Program-made: the position numbers and the translations under genes
The notes under the pieces: generated by a model
Told to the model about the DNA's origin: nothing
What the model saw: only the letters and a program-made list of their open reading frames with translations
Databases searched by the model: none
Source of the DNA: an uncultured Holophagales bacterium
Lineage (GTDB): Bacteria; Acidobacteriota; Thermoanaerobaculia; UBA5066
NCBI GenBank assembly: GCA_964636395.1
Contig: CAZWRQ010000003.1
Coordinates: forward strand, 1 to 49,019
DNA length: 49,019 bases
Reading direction: 5' to 3'
Part shown: piece by piece, positions 16,199 to 23,234 of the stretch
Numbering within the stretch: position 1 is the first letter of the stretch
Layout: each line of letters begins with the position of its first letter

Positions 16199-18307
16199 CT
16201 ACGGCGAGTCGCCCGGCCGGAGGATCAGCCGCTCCTCGAAAGGGGCCGCCGCCCCGCGGGCCGCGAGAGCCGAGGCGACGGCCTTCGCCCGCTCGAGGAG
16301 GTCCCTGTCGGCGAGCGGGTCGGCGATCCGCAGGCCGGGCAGGCCGCTCTGGCGCGTGCCGAGCGCCTCCCCGGGTCCGCGTCGGCGAAGGTCCTCCTCG
16401 GCGACGGCGAAGCCGTCGTTCGTTCCCGCAAGGACCGCGAGGCGCGAGAGGGCCTCGGGCGAGGCTCCGGACCCTGCGAGGAGGATGCAGGTCGAAGCTC
16501 GCGCCCCCCGCCCCACGCGGCCGCGAAGCTGGTGGAGCTGCGCGAGCCCGAAGCGCTCGGCGTTCTCGACGAGGAGGAACGAGGCCTCGGGAACGTCGAT
16601 GCCGACTTCGACGACCGTCGTGGCGACGAGGACGTCGATCTCTCCGGCGGCGAAACGGCGCATCGCCGTCTCTCGCGCCTCGGCCCTCATCTTTCCGTGA
16701 AGGGCGCCGACGCGGCGGCCGGGAAGGCGCCGGGCCACCTCCTCCGTCCAGGCGGCGACCGATCGCGCCTCGATCGCCTCCGACTCCTCGACGAGCGGCA
16801 CGACGACGTAGGCGCGCCCTCCCGCTCCGACGTCGGCCGAGAGAGAACGGTAAGCCTCCTCGCGCCGCCCCTCGTCGACGACGGCCGTCGCGACCGGCGT
16901 CCGCCCCGGGGGCTTCTCGTCGAGCGTCGAGACGTCCAGGTCCCCGTGCAGCGCCAGCGCGAGCGAGCGGGGGATCGGCGTGGCCGACAGGACGAGGACG
17001 TGAGGGTGCTCGCGGCGCGCCGTGGCCCGCGCGGGGAGCGCAGCGCGCTGCGCCACCCCGAACCGATGCTGCTCGTCGACGACGACGAGCCCCAGCCTGC
17101 GGAACGCGACCGGCTTCTCGAGGAGGGCGTGCGTCCCGACGAGGAGGTCGACATCTCCCTCCGAGAGCGCCGCGAGGAGAGCCGCCCGCGGGCGTCCGGT
17201 CACGCGCCCCGTCAGCAGCGCCGGGATGACGCCGCTGCCGGAGAGGAGGCGGTGGGCGGTCTCCGCGTGCTGCTCGGCGAGAAGGGTCGTCGGCGCCAGC
17301 AGGGCCGCCTGGAAGCCGCGCCGCGCCGCGAGGACGGCGGTCAGGACGGCGACGATCGTCTTGCCGCTTCCGACGTCGCCCTGGAGGAGGCGTGCCATCG
17401 GGTGCCCCGAACGCAGGTCCGCTCCGATCTCGCGGATGACCTGCTTCTGCGACGCCGTCAGAGGGAACGGCAGCACCGCGGCGAGAGCCTTTCGAGCCGC
17501 AGGGTCGGCCTCGATCCGGGGTGCGAGCCGGGCCTCCCTCTCCCTCCGACGCAGCGCTAGCGCGGCCTGGAGCTCGAGAAGCTCCTCGAAGGCGAGGCGG
17601 CGGAGGTGGCGCGAGGTGCGCTCTCGGAACGGCCGGGGGTCGGACGGACCTCCCGCGCTCCCGGGAAAGTGCGCTTCGCGAAGGGCCTGGGCGAGAGGGG
17701 GAAGGTCGAGCGCGGCCGCGTCCTCCGGACGGAGACGATCCGGCAGCTTCGGCGCGGCCTCCGCAAGGGCGCGCGCCACGAGCCTTCGCCGGAGGCGGGG
17801 CGGGAGACCCGGGAGGGACCTGTAGATCGGGACGACACGCCCCACGGAGAGCGCCGCGTCGTCCGGATCGTCGGGCTCCGCCTCGACGTGGGGCGATTCG
17901 AGGACGAGCCTGCGTTTCCAGACGGCGCGTCCGTGGACGAAGGCGCGCGCGCCGGGCGTCAGCCAGCGCGCGAGCCAGGGCTGAGAGAAGAAGACGAGGC
18001 CGACGGAGCCGCTCTCGTCCTCGAGAGTCGCCTCGTAGATCGAGAAGCCGCGCCGGCGGGTCCGTACGAGACGGGCGGCGGAGATCGTCCCGAACAGCGT
18101 GAGCGGCGGCCCCCCCGCGACGAGGTCCTTCACGCGGGCGAACCGGGCCCGGTCCTCGTGGCGGACCGGCAGCTCGAGGAGGAGGTCGAGGACGGTCGAG
18201 AGACCCGCCTCCGCGAGAGCTCTCGCCCGGGCCGGGCCGATCCCGGGAAGCCCGTCCAGCGCCGATCCGAGATCGAGGGGCTCCCGGCCGCGCGCGGGGC
18301 GCGGCAC
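16199..18307 (-). CDS. recG: ATP-dependent DNA helicase RecG
   Basis: Wedge/OB N-domain plus SF2 helicase motifs GDVGSGKT, VVDEQHRFG and LSATPIPR. 702 aa. Confidence 0.95.
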   Translation of the reverse strand: MPRPARGREPLDLGSALDGLPGIGPARARALAEAGLSTVLDLLLELPVRHEDRARFARVKDLVAGGPPLTLFGTISAARLVRTRRRGFSIYEATLEDESGSVGLVFFSQPWLARWLTPGARAFVHGRAVWKRRLVLESPHVEAEPDDPDDAALSVGRVVPIYRSLPGLPPRLRRRLVARALAEAAPKLPDRLRPEDAAALDLPPLAQALREAHFPGSAGGPSDPRPFRERTSRHLRRLAFEELLELQAALALRRREREARLAPRIEADPAARKALAAVLPFPLTASQKQVIREIGADLRSGHPMARLLQGDVGSGKTIVAVLTAVLAARRGFQAALLAPTTLLAEQHAETAHRLLSGSGVIPALLTGRVTGRPRAALLAALSEGDVDLLVGTHALLEKPVAFRRLGLVVVDEQHRFGVAQRAALPARATARREHPHVLVLSATPIPRSLALALHGDLDVSTLDEKPPGRTPVATAVVDEGRREEAYRSLSADVGAGGRAYVVVPLVEESEAIEARSVAAWTEEVARRLPGRRVGALHGKMRAEARETAMRRFAAGEIDVLVATTVVEVGIDVPEASFLLVENAERFGLAQLHQLRGRVGRGARASTCILLAGSGASPEALSRLAVLAGTNDGFAVAEEDLRRRGPGEALGTRQSGLPGLRIADPLADRDLLERAKAVASALAARGAAAPFEERLILRPGDSP

Positions 18308-18309
18308 CC

Positions 18310-19092
18310 TCAGCTCCGGGTGACCCGGAACGTCAGGTCGACGAGGCCGAAGCGAAGCCGGTCGCCGTCGTGTATCGGGACGGGGGCGCCGGTGGCGATC
18401 CGGTTCCCGTTCACGAACGTGCCGTTCATCGTCCCGATCTCCTCGATCACCTGGAACTCCCCGTCGACGCGGACGATCTTCGCGTGGCGGCGCGAGACCG
18501 AGCGCGGACCGTCCAGGTTCGTCAGGTCGACGTCCGGCCGGATCCCGGTCACCGGGTCGATTCGCCCGACCAGCGTCTCGGTATCGCGGTTCAGGTAGAA
18601 CTCCTCGACTCCTCCGTCCGCGACGAGCCGGAAGATCCCGTCCCGCGCCCCCGTCCTCTCGAAGAAGTCGGACGACTCGTCGAGGGCCGGAGCCTCCCCC
18701 GTCGTCTGCTCGAGCAGCGCGGTCGTCTCTCGCAGCCGGCGGGAGAGCTTTCGGAGCATGCGCACGGCGATCTCGCCGTTGTGACGGAGCATCTCGTCGA
18801 ACGTCGACTGGTTGATCCGGACGAGCTCGACGTCGGTCCGTGCGATGGCGTCCGCCGTCCGGGGGACGTCCTCGAGGATCGACATCTCGCCGAAGAAGTC
18901 GCCCCTCTCGAGGACGGAGAGGACCCGGGCCTCGTCCTTCACCTTCTTCACGATGTCGACGGTCCCCGACTGGATGACGAACATCTCCGTCCCGACGTCT
19001 CCCTCCGAGAAGACCGTCTCTCCGGCCGGGACCCGAACGATGTACTCCTCGAAGCTCGCGGCGCCTCCGCCGGACTTCAGCACGACTTTCAC
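18310..19092 (-). CDS. Cyclic-nucleotide-binding domain + FHA domain protein (no catalytic domain)
   Basis: Last 260 codons of track ORF 18310..19644. cNMP cassette FSEGD...MFVIQSGTV...GDFFGEMSILEDVPRTADAIA. C-terminal FHA: LVGRIDP...SVSRRHAKI...GTMNGTFVNGNRI. The GTG at 19090-19092 overlaps the ldcA stop (GTGA). Confidence 0.8.
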   Translation of the reverse strand: MKVVLKSGGGAASFEEYIVRVPAGETVFSEGDVGTEMFVIQSGTVDIVKKVKDEARVLSVLERGDFFGEMSILEDVPRTADAIARTDVELVRINQSTFDEMLRHNGEIAVRMLRKLSRRLRETTALLEQTTGEAPALDESSDFFERTGARDGIFRLVADGGVEEFYLNRDTETLVGRIDPVTGIRPDVDLTNLDGPRSVSRRHAKIVRVDGEFQVIEEIGTMNGTFVNGNRIATGAPVPIHDGDRLRFGLVDLTFRVTRS

Positions 19093-20024
19093 GAGAGGGG
19101 CTCCTCCTCGAAGGCGAGCGTCCGCGCCTCGCCGTCCCACGACGCCCGCGTTCCGACGGGAAGCGGCACGTTCGCCCCCCCGTGCCCGAACGGCAGGCCG
19201 AGGGCGACCGGGACCCCGAGCGGGGCGAGCCGGTCGAGGAGGAGCTGCCGGAGGCGCTCCGGGTCCTCGCTGCCGCCGAACGTCACGCGTGTCATGGAGC
19301 CCACGATGATACCGGCGAGACGGTCCCATCGGCCGGAAGAAACGAGGGTCCCGAGCATCCGGTCGACGCGATACGCCTCCTCCCCCACCTCCTCGAGGAA
19401 GAGGAGTGCGCCGTCGTAGTCGAAGTCCCAGGGAGTCCCGCAAAGCGCGGCGAGCAGGGAGAGGCAGCCCCCGACGAGCGGTCCCTCGGCCCGGCCCGGG
19501 ACGAGGACCTCCGCCGAGGGGACCCGCAGCCGATCGGGTCCGCGCCCCTCCAGCAGGGCCGGGAAGAACCGAGCGGTCCATTCGTCGAGGGGAGCGGCGA
19601 GGTCGGCCGCGACCATCGGCCCGTGGATCGACACGAGGCCGCAACGCTCCCGGAGGAACGCCGCGAGCGCGGTCAGGTCGGAGAAGCCGCAGTGAAGCTT
19701 CGCCGTCTCGGCGAGGAGGCGCTCCGGGAGCCGATGGAGGACGCGCGTCACGCCGTAGCCGCCCCGCGCGAAGAAGATGGCCTCGACGTCGGAGTCTTCC
19801 GCGAGGGCCATGTAGCCGCTCAAGCGGGCCTCGTCGTCCCCGGCGAGACCGAGGAGCGGCTCCGTCTCGAGGACGTTCCGGGCCACGCGGACGCGGTAGC
19901 CGAAACGCTCGAGGGTCGCGACGCCCGCGTCGAGGCTCTCCCGGCGGACCGGCCCGGAGAGCGCCGCGACGCCGACGAGGCTTCCGGGCCGGAGCCGGCG
20001 CGGACGCCGGAGAGCGGCGCTCAC
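19089..20024 (-). CDS. ldcA: LD-carboxypeptidase (peptidase S66, muramoyltetrapeptide carboxypeptidase-like)
   Basis: Last 311 codons of track ORF 19089..20627. S66 nucleophile motif HCGFSDLTAL, ARGGYG, and C-terminal LPFGHG. The GTG at 20022-20024 overlaps the upstream stop (GTGA). Confidence 0.82.
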   Translation of the reverse strand: MSAALRRPRRLRPGSLVGVAALSGPVRRESLDAGVATLERFGYRVRVARNVLETEPLLGLAGDDEARLSGYMALAEDSDVEAIFFARGGYGVTRVLHRLPERLLAETAKLHCGFSDLTALAAFLRERCGLVSIHGPMVAADLAAPLDEWTARFFPALLEGRGPDRLRVPSAEVLVPGRAEGPLVGGCLSLLAALCGTPWDFDYDGALLFLEEVGEEAYRVDRMLGTLVSSGRWDRLAGIIVGSMTRVTFGGSEDPERLRQLLLDRLAPLGVPVALGLPFGHGGANVPLPVGTRASWDGEARTLAFEEEPLS

Positions 20025-20491
20025 GCGATGCGGTTCCGCGGGTCGCTGAACCAGCGCGCCCAGTCGGACGCGTTCCCGCCCGGATCCCTCTTCTCCTCGT
20101 CCCGGGCCGCCTTCGCCGTCAGTCGCCGCGCGCCGGTCTGCCGGAACGCGGCAACGGCGATCGTCCGTCCGCCCGCAGCGTCGACCGACTCCGACAGGAC
20201 CCGGTCGTCCGTCACCACCGTCACACCGCGCGGGTCGCGCGCTTCGCGCACCCGGCGGACGATCTCCTCGTCGGCGCTTCGCGGAGCCGCGTAGACGACC
20301 GTCACGTCGCCGAGCTGCTGGACCTTCGGCCGGCCGTGATCCGGAGGGCCGTCGAAGACGACGGTCAGGCGTCTCCGTTTCGCCCGAGAGAGCTCCGCCA
20401 GCTCCTTCACGAGCGTCTCGCGCGAGATGCCCCTCTGCCCGAGGAGGTTGTTGCCGTCGATCAGGTCGGCCACGCCGCCATTCTGCGACAT
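20021..20491 (-). CDS. NYN/YacP-like (PIN-related) predicted ribonuclease
   Basis: Last 156 codons of track ORF 20021..20719: MSQNGGVADLIDGNNLLG...LTVVFDG...VTVVYA...SADEEI...VTVVTDD resembles the YacP/Rae1 NYN pattern. ATG at 20489-20491. Confidence 0.65.
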   Translation of the reverse strand: MSQNGGVADLIDGNNLLGQRGISRETLVKELAELSRAKRRRLTVVFDGPPDHGRPKVQQLGDVTVVYAAPRSADEEIVRRVREARDPRGVTVVTDDRVLSESVDAAGGRTIAVAAFRQTGARRLTAKAARDEEKRDPGGNASDWARWFSDPRNRIA

Positions 20492-20567
20492 CGGCCCCGT
20501 TCCGGCACGCTCCGGAGAGGGCTGCGGAGGAGGCGGCGCGGGGTGGTCTGGGACGCGCGCTGCGGCG

Positions 20568-20588
20568 AAAGTGACCCGGGCCGGACTG
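20568..20588. repeat. 21-bp direct repeat, distal copy (aaagtgacccgggccggactg)
   Basis: Exact copy of 20649-20669, the 3' P1 strand and end of rnpB. The two copies start 81 bp apart. Confidence 0.95.
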
Positions 20589-20591
20589 GCT

Positions 20592-20624
20592 CCGGGGGGG
20601 CTTGCCATCCGGGCGCCCCCCCGG
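20592..20624 (-). terminator. Perfect 10-bp G7/C7 hairpin just 3' of rnpB (possible terminator or processing structure)
   Basis: ccgggggggc (20592-20601) and gcccccccgg (20615-20624) are exact reverse complements around a 13-nt loop. No U tract. Lies between the two 21-bp repeat copies. Confidence 0.35.
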
Positions 20625-20648
20625 CACCCCCCCACCTTCAATCTGATC

Positions 20649-20669
20649 AAAGTGACCCGGGCCGGACTG
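20649..20669. repeat. 21-bp direct repeat, proximal copy (forms the 3' strand of rnpB helix P1)
   Basis: Identical to 20568-20588 and complementary to the 5' P1 strand at 21046-21059. Confidence 0.95.
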
Positions 20670-21062
20670 TAAGCCGGATTCTGTGGCCGGTCGGCTCGCG
20701 CCTTCCGGCCGGCGATCATTCCTCTGGGCCCACGCCTCTCGGCGGGGCTCGAGCGGCCTACCCGGAAACGTCGCCTTTCGGCGCGGGAGCGAGCCCCCCT
20801 TTCGTTCCCCTATTCGGCCTTGCTCCGCGTGGGGTTTGGCCTGCCGACCCCGTTGCCGGGGTTCGCGGTGCGCTCTTACCGCACCTTTTCACCCTTACCG
20901 CGGCCCCTCGCGGGAACCGAGGCGGTCTGTTCTCTGTGCCACTTTCCTTCGGGTCGCCCCGACCGGGATTTCCCCGGCACGCTGCTCGCTGGAGTCCGGA
21001 CTTTCCTCCCCTCGTTCGGCGGTGCCGAGCGAGCGGCGATCGCCCGTCCGGCCCGGGTCGGC
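20650..21062 (-). ncRNA. rnpB: RNase P RNA, bacterial type A
   Basis: The reverse complement reads ...GGGGAGGAAAGUCCGGACUCC... (P4 5' strand), GCGGUAAGGGUGAAAAGGUGCGGUAAGAGCGCACC, GGAGCAAGGCCGAAUAGGGG, CCGGGUAGGCCGCUCGAGCC and ACAGAAUCCGGCUUA (P4 3' strand). All of these closely parallel the E. coli M1 RNA blocks. P1 forms from GACCCGGGCCGGAC (21046-21059) and GUCCGGCCCGGGUC (20654-20667). No credible ORF here. The ends are approximate (about 5 nt). Confidence 0.95.
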
Positions 21063-21090
21063 GACGAGAATACGCCACCGTCGCCTGGCG

Positions 21091-21693
21091 TCACGTCTCG
21101 GCGCGGGGCCTTCGGCGGGAGGTGAAGAGGTTGACCCCCTTCGCGAGCTTCGGAACGCAGAGGAGGAAGAGCCCTCCGACGGTCACCGCGAGGACGAGGG
21201 CGACGAGGGGGAGGAAGATCGACACGATCGCCTGGAGCGCGGCGAGGACGTCCTCGGCGAGGGAGAGGGCGAGGTTGGCGACACCGGCCGTCAGGGCGGT
21301 GGACGTGAGCCGTGCGGTCCCCTTGACGACGTGGGCGGCGAGGGCGATCACCCCGCCGCCTCCACCCGCCAGGACCGTCATCGACGTCTCGGCGCCCGGA
21401 GCGACGGCGGCGACGGCGAGGAGGGCCCCGGCCACCGGCCGGACGACCGTGTGGACGATGTCCCAAACGTGGTCGAGGCCCGGGATCTTGTCGGCGAAGA
21501 ACTCGAGGACGTAGAGGGCGAGAAGCACCGACAGCGTCGCGGGCTCCGAGAGGAGCCTGGCGATCGCGCCCGTGAAGTCCTCCGGGAAGAGGCGAGCGAT
21601 CCCGCCGTAGACGAGGAGGACGGCGTAGGCGTTGAGGCCCGCCCCCGCCGCGAGGCCCAGGCCCGTTCCGAAGTGCGCGATCGACTCGACCAC
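21091..21693 (-). CDS. DUF4126 family integral membrane protein
   Basis: Last 200 codons of track ORF 21091..24720. Gly/Ala-rich TM helices and the characteristic motif EFFADKIPGLDHVWDIVHTVVRPVAGALL. GTG at 21691-21693. Confidence 0.75.
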   Translation of the reverse strand: MVESIAHFGTGLGLAAGAGLNAYAVLLVYGGIARLFPEDFTGAIARLLSEPATLSVLLALYVLEFFADKIPGLDHVWDIVHTVVRPVAGALLAVAAVAPGAETSMTVLAGGGGGVIALAAHVVKGTARLTSTALTAGVANLALSLAEDVLAALQAIVSIFLPLVALVLAVTVGGLFLLCVPKLAKGVNLFTSRRRPRAET

Positions 21694-21722
21694 CGCGGGA
21701 GGATAGCGCCCGGGAGGGGCGC

Positions 21723-23222
21723 TCAGCGAGGCTTCGTCGCCGCGATCTCCGCGAGCGCCTTCGACGCCTTCCGGTTCGTCGGCTCGAGCTTGAGGACCTC
21801 CTTGAGCGCCTTGACCCGGCCCGTCTCGTTCCGCTCGGCGGCACAAGCGTCCGCGAGGGCGAGCCAGATCTCGACGCTCTCTGGGAGCCGTTCCGAGGCG
21901 CGGCGCAGCGTCTCCGTCGCCTGACGGATCCACTTCGGGTTCCGGGCCTGGACTTTCGCGAGGAGGGTCCAGTACTCCGGCTTCTCGGGGTCGAACTCGA
22001 CTGCCTGCCGGAGCATCTCGTAGGCCGGGAAGTAGTCCTCCATCTCGATCAGGGTCCGCGCGCGCTGGTAGTTCGCCTTGGCGACCTGCTTCTGCACCTC
22101 GCGCGTCGGCTCGCCGTACTGCACCGGCGCCGACATTCCGCCGCTCGCCCGTAGCCGGTCGTACTGCTGCCGCGACGCCGGGCTCGCAAACGACCGGTCG
22201 GCCTCCCGGACCTTCGAGAAGAGCGCTTCCAGCGCCTCGCCGGCGTCGGCGAGCGTCGACCGGAGGACGTTGTCGGGGTGAAAGAGCCGCGCGCGTTCGT
22301 GGACCGCCCGCCGAAGGTCCGGGTCGGCTGCGTCCTCGGCGACTCCGAGCAGCTCGTATGTGGTCGTCCAGTCCAGCCGGCGATAGGCGTTCCAGACCGT
22401 CTTCGACTGCTGCTCGAGGGCCTCCGCGAGGCGCGGGCCCGGCGGCGTCCCGGCCACCTCCAGGTTCAGGCTCTGGAAGCCGGTCGGAGCGTGCTCGTCG
22501 GCCGGCTTCTTCCGGTCGACGACGGAGACGAGTCCGACGGAGATGAGCCGCTCGAGGATCCGCAGGTCGAGGCAGACGTCGGCGGCCCTCTTCGTCCCGT
22601 CGACGGCGTCGAGTGCCTCCGCCTCCTCGGGCGTGACGACCGCGCCCTGGTATCGGAGGAGGAGGTCCGGCGAGAGGACGAGCTTCGACTGGGGATCGAC
22701 CCGAGGCGCGACCCCGGCGACCGGCGGCCGTCGGCGGAGGCCCTCGAGGACGAGGCTCGCCGTCGACTGGTCGAAGGCGACGGGGAGATCGGGCGCCGAC
22801 TCGAGCGGCACGACGCTGAACGTCCCGGCGCTCCACTGGAACGTCGAGTAGAGGACCATCTCTGCGAGAGCGCGAACGCACGCATCCGCCACGTAGGGCG
22901 CGACGGCGCCGGCTTCGCGCAGGGCGTTCGCCAGGCCGCGGCCGGGCTCGGCGAGCGCCCGCTCGAAGGCCGCGAAGAGCACGGACTCGTTTGCGAGGCC
23001 GAACGTGCGGAGGAGGTCGCCGACGTGCTGCGCCTCGCGGTTCGAGGACGCCGAGACGAGTCGTCCCCTCCGGAACCAGAAGCTCCTCTCCTCGCCGCGG
23101 TGCGAGACGAGGACCTGCAGGTGCTTGCGCGAGACGTAGGCGTTCCGGAGGACCTCGGCGAGCTCCGTCTTCTCGAGCGTGCCGCCCGAGAGCGAGCCGG
23201 TTCCGGGCTTCGTCGTGTCCAT
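21723..23222 (-). CDS. DUF4388 (PATAN-like) - J domain - TPR protein
   Basis: The N-terminal GTLEKTELAEVLRNAYVSRKHLQVLV...FWFRRGRLVSA pattern resembles DUF4388. The central J domain has an intact HPD (YELLGVAEDAADPDLRRAVHERARLFHPDN). C-terminal TPR-like repeats (YQRARTLIEMEDYFPAYEMLRQAVEFDPEKPEYW...). Confidence 0.75.
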   Translation of the reverse strand: MDTTKPGTGSLSGGTLEKTELAEVLRNAYVSRKHLQVLVSHRGEERSFWFRRGRLVSASSNREAQHVGDLLRTFGLANESVLFAAFERALAEPGRGLANALREAGAVAPYVADACVRALAEMVLYSTFQWSAGTFSVVPLESAPDLPVAFDQSTASLVLEGLRRRPPVAGVAPRVDPQSKLVLSPDLLLRYQGAVVTPEEAEALDAVDGTKRAADVCLDLRILERLISVGLVSVVDRKKPADEHAPTGFQSLNLEVAGTPPGPRLAEALEQQSKTVWNAYRRLDWTTTYELLGVAEDAADPDLRRAVHERARLFHPDNVLRSTLADAGEALEALFSKVREADRSFASPASRQQYDRLRASGGMSAPVQYGEPTREVQKQVAKANYQRARTLIEMEDYFPAYEMLRQAVEFDPEKPEYWTLLAKVQARNPKWIRQATETLRRASERLPESVEIWLALADACAAERNETGRVKALKEVLKLEPTNRKASKALAEIAATKPR

Positions 23223-23234
23223 GTTCCGGCGATT

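Noticed and set aside
19093-19644. N-terminal extensions of the track ORFs for the cNMP-FHA protein (to 19644), ldcA (to 20627) and the NYN gene (to 20719).
   Set aside because: The extensions are Arg/Pro/Gly-rich and overlap the upstream genes. In each case a GTG or ATG precisely overlapping or just after the upstream stop gives a domain-complete protein.
18310-20491. Idea that NYN RNase + cNMP-binding protein could be a CBASS/Pycsar-like cyclic-nucleotide defence module.
   Set aside because: There is no CD-NTase, pyrimidine cyclase or other nucleotide cyclase. The context is housekeeping (rnpB, recG, trpS), and no mobile-element or island hallmarks are present. It is kept only as a signalling curiosity.
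20568-20669. The 21-bp direct repeats as target-site duplications of an insertion sequence or MITE.
   Set aside because: 21 bp is far longer than typical target-site duplications. The 60-nt spacer has no terminal inverted repeats apart from its internal hairpin and no coding capacity. It is reported as an unexplained repeat, not as a mobile element.
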